A stretch of DNA of 32,000 nt from Cylindrospermopsis raciborskii Cr2010 (GCF_003367075.2 NZ_CP065936.1:450001-482000), one strand, 5' to 3'. Shown: positions 10,135 to 18,226, counted from the stretch's first letter. The notes: generated from the letters alone by a model not told the origin. A program made the numbers and translations.

Positions 10135-12438
10135 TTAGCTTTGAGATGGGGAATTGATTCCCTCCTCCGCTGCTTCTTTATCCTTCCTACGACCACCATA
10201 ACTATAACCGTAGTAATAATCATGATATTGATGAATGCTCTTATTATATTGATTGGCAACTACACCTAATACATTAATAGATGACTGCCTCAGAGCATCC
10301 TGAGCTTGCTTAATCATCGAGCGGTCTGTCCTGTGCATTTTGACCACTAAAATCAAACCATCTGTTTGCGAAGCCACCAGTCTACTATCCACTATACCCA
10401 TAACAGGTGGTGTGTCGTAAATTACTAAATCGAATTTTTCACGAAAGTATGCCATCATTTGTTTCATCTTCTCAGATGAAATTAGTCGCATGGGATCTGG
10501 CGGTTGAGTTCCCGAGGTAATTACTGATAAAGTATCCAAATCTGGTAACTTTTGCATTACCTCATCAGGAGTAAGATTTGAGGTGATAGCATTGCTTAAA
10601 CCAACTAAGTTGGGTAAGTTTAACCTCTTGTGTACTTGAGGAAGTCGCAAATCAGTATCCACCAGCAAAACCCTTCTTCCCACAGAAGCTGCCATTTGAG
10701 CTAGGTGTAGTGCCAATGTACTTTTTCCCTCCTCTTTGAGAGCAGAGGTGATGGCTACAGACTTGACAACTTCGTCGGAGTTGAGTAACTGAATGTTGGC
10801 ATACAGCACTTGCAAAGATTGCCAAAAATGACCCTCTCCATAATAACCATATCCATAACCATACCCGTAGCCTTTCTTCTTTTTCTTGCGAGAGAAAAAG
10901 GGAAGGGGTATATCTAATGGATTGGTTTTAGCAGGTTTATTTTGGCTTTGGTCAGAATCATGGCGATATTGATAGCTGATACCAACATTTTTCATTCTCG
11001 GCAAAGTCCCCAATAGGGGGAGTTTGGTCCTCTCCTGCATGTTGATGGCATCATGATAGGAGTTGTCTAGTTTCTCTAAAAGGAAGGCGATCGCAACACT
11101 TATAGATAAGCTGCCAATTAGTCCAATCAATAAACTCTGGTAGATTTTAGGAAAAACTGGCAATTCAGGCGTCATTGGAGCTTGGACCAGTTCCCAAGGT
11201 ATTTCTGTTTGGGCTACTTCAATGGCCAGTTTTTCCCGGGCTTCTAAGAAGCGATTTAAACTTTCACTAGCTAGTTGTAATTTTCTTTGCAGATCCGTGT
11301 TTTGTCTGGCTAAACGGGGTAATAGATCGAATCTGGCTTTGCTTTGCTCTTGCGCTCTGGTGATTTCTCTGTTTTCCGATTCTAGTAATAAAATAGTATT
11401 GGCCACTTCCGCTATTTTCAGACCTATATATCTCTCTTTCTCTTTTTCTATGAGAGGTAATATGTTTTGTCTTTTTTCTTCTAATGTTGTTATATATGGA
11501 TTATCCCCTTGAAATCTGGCTAGTTCTCCAGATAGTTGGGCTTCTATTTGTCTAAGCTGAATAACTAATATATTGTAAGGCGACTGAGTTTGACTCTGAG
11601 TCTGGTTTAATGCAGCTTGTTGTCCTTCTGGTGTGAGCAATGTGGCATAACTGGTTCTAGCCACAGCCAACTTCTGCTCTATGGCTATTCTTTGTGTTTC
11701 TAAGCTCTGAATTTGCTCTACCAACTTACCGGACTGATCCTCTGGATTAACAAACTTGTACCTTTGTCTAAATACTTGTAGTTCACGCTGTAGTTGATCC
11801 ACAGTAGCGCCAATTCTAGGCAGTTGTTCGTCTATAAACCTTAGACCTTGATTTAATTTAGTCTTGCGTTTCTCTAAGCTATATTTTAAATAAAATTTGG
11901 ACAGGGTATTTAACACCAAGTCAATTTCCGCCCGATCTGGACTTTTATAGGTAATTTCTAGAACTTTAGTTTCAGCTGATCTCTGGATGGCTAAGTTTTT
12001 GATAAATAAATCGTATGTAAGCTCAGGATATTGAGATTGTATGTCAGGTAGGGCCTGATTAAGCAATTCAGGGCTTTTGAGAACTTTAATTTGGCTATCG
12101 TAGTCTAATCCTGATTGGTCAAGTTGAGTGCTTTCTAGGGCTGCGGTCAGTAAGTTATTTTTTTCGCCACTAACTGGTTCTACTAAAATCTCAAAACTGC
12201 CTTGGTAAATTTTTTCTGCTGTAAACAGGTAGTAACTACCTCCAGCCATGATCAGGGAGGCAATTGTCAAAATGCCTAATGCTCGTCTTTTGAGGATGGA
12301 CATTATCTCTTTGAGATCAATGTCATCCTCAGTTGTTTGAAGGGATATCAGATTCCCAGAGGATATCACTTCTGGTTGGAGAATAATATTTTCTTTTTCT
12401 CTGGTGATGAGACTTTTGCTTTCGTTGGTACTGTTCAT
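10135..12438 (-). CDS. Wzz-type chain-length determinant fused to BY-kinase (Wzc-like)
   Basis: 'EDDIDLKEIMSILKRRALGILTIASLIMAGG' and long coiled region. Kinase motifs 'TSALKEEGKSTLALHLAQ', 'RRVLLVDTDLRLPQVHK' and 'FDLVIYDTPPVMG', with a C-terminal Tyr cluster. Confidence 0.9.
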   Translation of the reverse strand: MNSTNESKSLITREKENIILQPEVISSGNLISLQTTEDDIDLKEIMSILKRRALGILTIASLIMAGGSYYLFTAEKIYQGSFEILVEPVSGEKNNLLTAALESTQLDQSGLDYDSQIKVLKSPELLNQALPDIQSQYPELTYDLFIKNLAIQRSAETKVLEITYKSPDRAEIDLVLNTLSKFYLKYSLEKRKTKLNQGLRFIDEQLPRIGATVDQLQRELQVFRQRYKFVNPEDQSGKLVEQIQSLETQRIAIEQKLAVARTSYATLLTPEGQQAALNQTQSQTQSPYNILVIQLRQIEAQLSGELARFQGDNPYITTLEEKRQNILPLIEKEKERYIGLKIAEVANTILLLESENREITRAQEQSKARFDLLPRLARQNTDLQRKLQLASESLNRFLEAREKLAIEVAQTEIPWELVQAPMTPELPVFPKIYQSLLIGLIGSLSISVAIAFLLEKLDNSYHDAINMQERTKLPLLGTLPRMKNVGISYQYRHDSDQSQNKPAKTNPLDIPLPFFSRKKKKKGYGYGYGYGYYGEGHFWQSLQVLYANIQLLNSDEVVKSVAITSALKEEGKSTLALHLAQMAASVGRRVLLVDTDLRLPQVHKRLNLPNLVGLSNAITSNLTPDEVMQKLPDLDTLSVITSGTQPPDPMRLISSEKMKQMMAYFREKFDLVIYDTPPVMGIVDSRLVASQTDGLILVVKMHRTDRSMIKQAQDALRQSSINVLGVVANQYNKSIHQYHDYYYGYSYGGRRKDKEAAEEGINSPSQS

Positions 12439-12611
12439 ACTTAACTTATGCTTGACATTTAAACTACGGAGAATTCATTTTTAGCAGAGGGTATTCTTAC
12501 TGATTGAACAGAATAAACCTGAACTACATGGACATAATATCATAAACTGTACCAGTTTAACATTTTAATACAAATTAACAAGTCCATTTTCAACCGACTG
12601 GTTTTGTCATA

Positions 12612-12736
12612 TTCAAATTCCCACCTGATAATTACCACATTTTTTTGAGTCACGCATTAAGCGATCGCATTTTATTCTAACTCAAATTAAGAGCATAAGC
12701 GTTAACCGACACTAGCAATAATCTGCCCAATATCTT
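12612..12736. repeat. Direct repeat, partner of 16529..16653 (125 bp)
   Basis: 'TTCAAATTCCCACCTGATAATTACCACATTTTTTTGAGTCACGC(A/G)TTAAGCGATCGCATTTTATTCTAACTC(A/G)AATTAAGAGCATAAGCGTTAACCGACACTAGCAATAATCTGCCCAATATCTT' is present in both, offset 3917. Confidence 0.93.
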
Positions 12737-13010
12737 TAGGAGTTGCACCTGTTGCCAACATTGCTCGAATTAACAATTCCACCGAATCACTACCATTCCC
12801 AGCATTAGCAATCCGAGGTTGACTGGAGCCAATTTTAGAAGCGAGTTCAACCTGAGTCATCAATTTTTGCCGGCGCTCCTTCAAGCTGCGACTAAGAACC
12901 AGTTTGATTTCAAGCAAAAACGCTTCTTCTGGTGTTAACTCTAAAAAGTCTGAGACGGTCCCAACTTTCCAACCTTTAGATTCCAAACGTTCCTTCTTAA
13001 GTTGTTCCAT
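12702..13010 (-). CDS. XRE-family HTH regulator (antitoxin-like)
   Basis: 'LKERRQKLMTQVELASKIGSSQPRIANAGNGSDSVELLIRAMLATGATPKDIGQIIAS'. Internal Met 'MEQLKKERLESKGWKV' is the likely start; the annotated ORF extends to 13067. Confidence 0.72.
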   Translation of the reverse strand: MEQLKKERLESKGWKVGTVSDFLELTPEEAFLLEIKLVLSRSLKERRQKLMTQVELASKIGSSQPRIANAGNGSDSVELLIRAMLATGATPKDIGQIIASVG

Positions 13011-13137
13011 CGATTTGCTCCTGTGGGTCGGTATCGTATTTGCCCAAACGCTTTTTGCAAATGTCAATTACGTTTTTAGGTGTTGATCTCGTTGTTTTAT
13101 TAAAAACCTCGACAATCAAGATTGCATCGTCTTAGGA

Positions 13138-13887
13138 ATGTTTATGACCGCCCACTTCTATAATAGCCCTTATGAAGTGGAAATAGGACACTATGTCAAT
13201 TATCGGAAGCAAACAAGTAAATCCTTGTCGAACCTGCTACCAGAGGAGGATTACAGACTGTACGGATTAACAACCCACGAACCGACCCAATTAATGGGGA
13301 GATTAAAATGGAAAACTGTCAGTGAAGGGGTTTATGATATAGAATGTGTTACTATGAACGTGAGACTGATAGTCCTGTCGAAAATACCCAAAAGTGCCAA
13401 CAATGAGTTGTGGAGACTGTTTAGTGCGAGAGCAGAAGTGGTGGAAGAAGCGATTAGCCATTATCAAGAAAGTTATCGCAAGAGCGAGTATAGCATATTA
13501 ATGCAACAACTATATGAGTTTTACTTAAAGGAGAAACTGCCAATGACATACACATTAGAGCAATTCAAAAAAGATTTTGTAATAAGTCACTTGAGAGAGA
13601 TACCGACTGAGGAGGTATTAAAGCAATATTCTCTCGAAGAGATTAAGCAATATTCTCCAAAAGAGCTGTTAAAGCAATATTCTCTCGAAGAGATTAAGCA
13701 ATATTCTCCAAAAGAGCTGTTAAAGCAATATTCTCTCGAAGAGATTAAGCAATATTCTCCAAAAGAGCTGTTAAAGCAATATTCTCCTCAGGACCTCGTA
13801 GAAGGACTTTCACCAGAGACACTACAGCACTTGGCAGTTGTTCTATCTCAATTGGGTGTCAACCAAATAAAAAATCAGGAGCAATGA
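13138..13887 (+). pseudogene. Copy 1 of Rpn/PD-(D/E)XK-like gene: N-terminus truncated and 58 aa missing in frame
   Basis: Compared with copies 2 and 3 it lacks 'VEKDLTIRKQLLDIIII...TVWSLMEL' between 'SPYEVE' and 'IGHYVNYRKQ', and its first about 24 codons have decayed. Confidence 0.75.
13618..13770 (+). repeat. In-frame 51-bp tandem repeat, 3 units (copy 1 tail)
   Basis: TTAAAGCAATATTCTCTCGAAGAGATTAAGCAATATTCTCCAAAAGAGCTG x3. Confidence 0.93.
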
Positions 13888-14195
13888 TATTGGGATCTTA
13901 AAACTGTAAAACACACAAAAACGGTTCTTGGGAACTCTATTTTCAAATTCCCACCTGATAATTACCACATTTTTTTGAGTCACGCGTTAAGCGATCGCAT
14001 TTTATTCTAACTCAAATTAAGAGAGGGAGTGCTTCGCAATCGCCCACCTCCAATTTAACACTGGACCTGCGGGGAATATAGCGCAACCTCATCCAAGTGG
14101 ATTAGGAATAAATTAGTGTAAGAATTTCTGATACTATATTGACATGGGGTAATTAACCCACACCACATCTAATAAATTATGCGAACAGTCCGGTT

Positions 14196-15242
14196 ATGGT
14201 ACGTAAAAAATCCAAACCTCAGAAAAAAAAGGACACCCCAAATAGAGACTGGCACCGCCTATTAGGAATGTTTATGACCGTCCACTTCTATAATAGCCCT
14301 TATGAGGTAGAAGTAGAAAAGGATCTAACCATCAGAAAACAACTGCTAGACATTATAATCATTAAGAGATATAAAGACAGCGGATTTAATCTGTATCCAG
14401 CAGGTTTAGAAAACATGTCTAAACACAACCTAATCAGCTATAAATCCATTCATGAATCATTCACAGTTTGGTCACTAATGGAATTAATAGGACACTATGT
14501 CAATTATCGGAAGCAAACGAGTAAATCCTTGTCGAACCTGCTACCAGAGGAGGATTACAGACTGTACGGATTAACAACCCACGAACCGACCCAATTAATG
14601 GGGAGATTAAAATGGAAAACTGTCAGTGAAGGGGTTTATGATATAGAATGTGTTACTATGAACGTGAGACTGATAGTCCTGTCGAAAATACCCAAAAGTG
14701 CCAACAATGAGTTGTGGAGACTGTTTAGTGCGAGAGCAGAAGTGGTGGAAGAAGCGATTAGCCATTATCAAGAAAGTTATCGCAAGAGCGAGTATAGCAT
14801 ATTAATGCAACAACTATATGAGTTTTACTTAAAGGAGAAACTGCCAATGACATACACATTAGAGCAATTCAAAAAAGATTTTGTAATAAGTCACTTGAGA
14901 GAGATACCGACTGAGGAGGTATTAAAGCAATATTCTCTCGAAGAGATTAAGCAATATTCTCCAAAAGAGCTGTTAAAGCAATATTCTCTCGAAGAGATTA
15001 AGCAATATTCTCCAAAAGAGCTGTTAAAGCAATATTCTCTCGAAGAGATTAAGCAATATTCTCCAAAAGAGCTGTTAAAGCAATATTCTCTCGAAGAGAT
15101 TAAGCAATATTCTCCAAAAGAGCTGTTAAAGCAATATTCTCCTCAGGACCTCGTAGAAGGACTTTCACCAGAGACACTACAGCACTTGGCAGTTGTTCTA
15201 TCTCAATTGGGTGTCAACCAAATAAAAAATCAGGAGCAATGA
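14196..15242 (+). CDS. Copy 2 of Rpn/PD-(D/E)XK-like protein with repetitive C-terminal tail
   Basis: 'DWHRLLGMFMTVHFYNSPYEVEVEKDLTIRKQLLDIIII...HNLISYKSIHESFTVWSLMELIGHYVNYRKQ...LLPEEDYRLYGL', like a cyanobacterial nuclease-fold family. Confidence 0.65.
   Translation: MVRKKSKPQKKKDTPNRDWHRLLGMFMTVHFYNSPYEVEVEKDLTIRKQLLDIIIIKRYKDSGFNLYPAGLENMSKHNLISYKSIHESFTVWSLMELIGHYVNYRKQTSKSLSNLLPEEDYRLYGLTTHEPTQLMGRLKWKTVSEGVYDIECVTMNVRLIVLSKIPKSANNELWRLFSARAEVVEEAISHYQESYRKSEYSILMQQLYEFYLKEKLPMTYTLEQFKKDFVISHLREIPTEEVLKQYSLEEIKQYSPKELLKQYSLEEIKQYSPKELLKQYSLEEIKQYSPKELLKQYSLEEIKQYSPKELLKQYSPQDLVEGLSPETLQHLAVVLSQLGVNQIKNQEQ
14922..15125 (+). repeat. In-frame 51-bp tandem repeat, 4 units (copy 2 tail)
   Basis: Same 51-bp unit x4, followed by TTAAAGCAATATTCTCCTCAGGAC. 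Confidence 0.93.
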
Positions 15243-15550
15243 TATTGGGATCTTAAAACTGTAAAACACACAAAAACGGTTCTTGGGAACTCTATTTTCA
15301 AATTCCCACCTGATAATTACCACATTTTTTTGAGTCACGCGTTAAGCGATCGCATTTTATTCTAACTCAAATTAAGAGAGGGAGTGCTTCGCAATCGCCC
15401 ACCTCCAATTTAACACTGGACCTGCGGGGAATATAGCGCAACCTCATCCAAGTGGATTAGGAATAAATTAGTGTAAGAATTTCTGATACTATATTGACAT
15501 GGGGTAATTAACCCACACCACATCTAATAAATTATGCGAACAGTCCGGTT

Positions 15551-16474
15551 ATGGTACGTAAAAAATCCAAACCTCAGAAAAAAAAGGACACCCCAAATAG
15601 AGACTGGCACCGCCTATTAGGAATGTTTATGACCGTCCACTTCTATAATAGCCCTTATGAGGTAGAAGTAGAAAAGGATCTAACCATCAGAAAACAACTG
15701 CTAGACATTATAATCATTAAGAGATATAAAGACAGCGGATTTAATCTGTATCCAGCAGGTTTAGAAAACATGTCTAAACACAACCTAATCAGCTATAAAT
15801 CCATTCATGAATCATTCACAGTTTGGTCACTAATGGAATTAATAGGACACTATGTCAATTATCGGAAGCAAACGAGTAAATCCTTGTCGAACCTGCTACC
15901 AGAGGAGGATTACAGACTGTACGGATTAACAACCCACGAACCGACCCAATTAATGGGGAGATTAAAATGGAAAACTGTCAGTGAAGGGGTTTATGATATA
16001 GAATGTGTTACTATGAACGTGAGACTGATAGTCCTGTCGAAAATACCCAAAAGTGCCAACAATGAGTTGTGGAGACTGTTTAGTGCGAGAGCAGAAGTGG
16101 TGGAAGAAGCGATTAGCCATTATCAAGAAAGTTATCGCAAGAGCGAGTATAGCATATTAATGCAACAACTATATGAGTTTTACTTAAAGGAGAAACTGCC
16201 AATGACATACACATTAGAGCAATTCAAAAAAGATTTTGTAATAAGTCACTTGAGAGAGATACCAACTGAAGAAGTGTTGAAGCAATATTCTCCCGAAGAG
16301 GTATTAAAGCAATATTCTCCCGAAGAGGTGTTAAAGCAATATTCTCCCGAAGAGGTGTTAAAGCAATATTCTCCTCAGGACCTCCTAGAAGGACTTTCAC
16401 CAGAGACACTACAGCACTTGGCAGTTGTTCTATCTCAATTGGGTGTCAACCAAATAAAAAATCAGGAGCAATGA
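15551..16474 (+). CDS. Copy 3 of Rpn/PD-(D/E)XK-like protein with a different tail repeat
   Basis: Matches copy 2 up to the tail, then carries EVLKQYSPE units instead of LLKQYSLEEIKQYSPKE units. Confidence 0.65.
   Translation: MVRKKSKPQKKKDTPNRDWHRLLGMFMTVHFYNSPYEVEVEKDLTIRKQLLDIIIIKRYKDSGFNLYPAGLENMSKHNLISYKSIHESFTVWSLMELIGHYVNYRKQTSKSLSNLLPEEDYRLYGLTTHEPTQLMGRLKWKTVSEGVYDIECVTMNVRLIVLSKIPKSANNELWRLFSARAEVVEEAISHYQESYRKSEYSILMQQLYEFYLKEKLPMTYTLEQFKKDFVISHLREIPTEEVLKQYSPEEVLKQYSPEEVLKQYSPEEVLKQYSPQDLLEGLSPETLQHLAVVLSQLGVNQIKNQEQ
16277..16375 (+). repeat. In-frame 27-bp tandem repeat, 3 full units plus partial (copy 3 tail)
   Basis: TTRAAGCAATATTCTCCCGAAGAGGTR encoding LKQYSPEEV, repeated. 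Confidence 0.9.
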
Positions 16475-16528
16475 TATTGGGATCTTAAAACTGTAAAACA
16501 CACAAAAACGGTTCTTGGGAACTCTATT

Positions 16529-16653
16529 TTCAAATTCCCACCTGATAATTACCACATTTTTTTGAGTCACGCGTTAAGCGATCGCATTTTATTCTAACTC
16601 GAATTAAGAGCATAAGCGTTAACCGACACTAGCAATAATCTGCCCAATATCTT
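16529..16653. repeat. Direct repeat, partner of 12612..12736; contains the last codons of the XRE gene
   Basis: Encodes (minus strand) ...DIGQIIASVG* without the rest of the gene. Confidence 0.92.
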
Positions 16654-16719
16654 ATCGCCATCACCATGCAAAAAAGGTTTGAGATGAGTTTTTGTGGTTG
16701 AAGGCGTAAAAATCTGGTG

Positions 16720-17067
16720 TTATAACAAGATGTTAGTTTGTTTTTGTTGCATAAAAAAATCACTGGGACTCAAGTAATTTTTATACTTGCCTCTAAGAGA
16801 ACGAATAAACTCTTTCCGCTGATTAGAGACATCTTCCTTAACCTGATCTAAGCCAATGGTAGACACAGAAATTTTTTCTTCGGCTAAAGACATTACAAAG
16901 TCTCGATGGCTTAATCCTGCTATTTGAGCAGCTTTTTTTTCAGAAATTTCGCCTTTTTGATACCAATGAATAGCAGCAGCGAGTTTCATTTTTTTCACAA
17001 ACTCTTGAGGTTTACAGCGAAAACTGTCAAAGATTTCATCAGGTAATTGAATCGAAATGTCCATCAT
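16720..17067 (-). CDS. UPF0175-like small protein (antitoxin-like)
   Basis: 'MMDISIQLPDEIFDSFRCKPQEFVKKMKLAAAIHWYQKGEISEKKAAQIAGLSHRDFVMSLAEEKISV'. Confidence 0.75.
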   Translation of the reverse strand: MMDISIQLPDEIFDSFRCKPQEFVKKMKLAAAIHWYQKGEISEKKAAQIAGLSHRDFVMSLAEEKISVSTIGLDQVKEDVSNQRKEFIRSLRGKYKNYLSPSDFFMQQKQTNILL

Positions 17068-17294
17068 AATTCTACACGTAAATTTAATAAGTTAATAGAA
17101 ACTTTATCTGGCAAATATCCCCATTTCTCAAATTGTACCTGCAATTCCGGATTATACTGTATGGTGTCGATAACCGGCAAATTCATTTTATCTCCACTGG
17201 CACTTACCCAATGCCATAAGGATTGATTGCCACTAATACCACTTGTTATTAGCTTAGGCTGGGATTTGCGTGCTGCTCGAAAACTACCCCACAC
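17064..17294 (-). CDS. Short hypothetical ORF whose 3' end duplicates the DUF2442 3' end at 17.93 kb
   Basis: 'NPELQVQFEKWGYLPDKVSI' compared with 'LPELQAQFEKWGYLPDKVSI'. Overlaps the UPF0175 start codon. May be a relic. Confidence 0.4.
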   Translation of the reverse strand: MWGSFRAARKSQPKLITSGISGNQSLWHWVSASGDKMNLPVIDTIQYNPELQVQFEKWGYLPDKVSINLLNLRVEL

Positions 17295-17342
17295 TTGGGT
17301 TTGCTCATAAGCGATCGCATTTTATTTTAACTCAAATTAAGA

Positions 17343-17690
17343 GGGCGATTGGGAAGCACACGGAATGAACCATGATTTGGTTGAATCACCCCACACCTGG
17401 AGACTGTCCGTGGGGGAGACCGGGAATCAATTCCCGGTCTCAAAGCTCAAGTCGGTTCAAAACCGACTGGCTTTGTAGTGTGTAATCGTAGGTTGGGTTG
17501 AGGAACGAAACCCAACAAACCAACGGGATATGTATAAATGCGATTGCAAAGCACTCCCTACGGGAGCTCGCCATCATCATCAAGGGAATGAATTTATCTC
17601 CTTGCAGAAGTCGTGATTCACACGCGAAACACAATACCCCCATGGGAATGCGATCGCATTTTATTTTAACTCGAATTAAGAGGGCGATTG
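17343..17690 (-). repeat. Single diverged inverted copy of the 359-bp repeat unit
   Basis: 'ACCTGGAGACTGTCCGTGGG...GAGACCGGGAATCAATTCCCGGTCTCAAAGCTCAAGTCGGTTCAAAACCGACTGG...AACACAATACCCCCATGGGAATGCGATCGCATTTTA' is the reverse complement of the 6971-8930 unit with scattered changes. Confidence 0.88.
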
Positions 17691-17759
17691 GGAAGCACAC
17701 AGAATTAACCAGGTAAACGTACGGACAGTTCATAGAGTGTTTCTGGCGCAATATCAATT
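17684..17759. repeat. 76-bp duplicated scrap of the DUF2442 3' end/flank (matches 9797..9872)
   Basis: 'GCGATTGGGAAGCACACAGAATTAAC(T/C)AGGTAAACGTACGGACAGTTCATAGAGTGTTTCTGGCGCAATATCAATT' in both, one substitution. Confidence 0.92.
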
Positions 17760-17795
17760 AAGCGATCGCATTCTATTTTAACTCGAATTAAGAGG

Positions 17796-17884
17796 GTGAA
17801 GGGGTTTATGATATAGAATGTGCTACTATGAACGCGAGACTGATAGTGCTGTCGAAAATACCCAAAAGTGCCATCAATGACTTG
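17796..17884 (+). pseudogene. 89-bp internal scrap of the Rpn-like gene
   Basis: 'GTGAAGGGGTTTATGATATAGAATGTG(C)TACTATGAACG(C)GAGACTGATAGT...CGAAAATACCCAAAAGTGCCA' matches copies 1-3 (about 14626-14714 in copy 2) with about 5 differences. Confidence 0.9.
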
Positions 17885-17902
17885 TAAGCGATCACATTTT
17901 AT

Positions 17903-18226
17903 TTAACTCGTAATCAGTTCACAAGTTATAGAAACTTTATCTGGCAAATATCCCCATTTCTCAAATTGTGCCTGCAATTCCGGTAGATGACGAAATGCAA
18001 GAAAATATAGATATTCAGGTGCAAAGTCCGCTCCATTTGACCAACGTATTGTCTTCGACTGGGGATCAACTTCAAACTGCTGAAAGATATCCAGGTTTTG
18101 CAGGGGCTTAAACACTTTGCCATTTAAGCTATCGCCTAAGTCAACGATCCCACTGCGATTGTCATTAAACTTAATTTTAATCTTGTAGCCATCGAGATGC
18201 TCAGCAGAAACAATGTGTAAGAACAT
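17903..18226 (-). CDS. DUF2442-like protein
   Basis: 'MFLHIVSAEHLDGYKIKIKFNDNRSGIVDLGDSLNGKVFKPLQNLDIFQQFEVDPQSKTIRWSNGADFAPEYLY'. Confidence 0.75.
   Translation of the reverse strand: MFLHIVSAEHLDGYKIKIKFNDNRSGIVDLGDSLNGKVFKPLQNLDIFQQFEVDPQSKTIRWSNGADFAPEYLYFLAFRHLPELQAQFEKWGYLPDKVSITCELITS

Larger units (their letters stand above)
13881..16474 (+). repeat. Tandem segmental duplication, 1355-bp offset between copies 2 and 3
   Basis: 'GCAATGATATTGGGATCTTAAAACTG' at 13881 and 15236. Start codons at 14196 and 15551. Intervening spacers look identical. Confidence 0.92.

Noticed and set aside
16224-16409. Minus-strand ORF with internal repeats (ENIALTPLR)
   Set aside because: It is the antisense reading of the copy 3 27-bp coding repeat.
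17440-17757. 105-aa minus-strand ORF and 17498..17716 plus-strand ORF
   Set aside because: Both lie in the inverted 359-bp unit and the DUF2442 scrap, and their composition is explained by repeat DNA.
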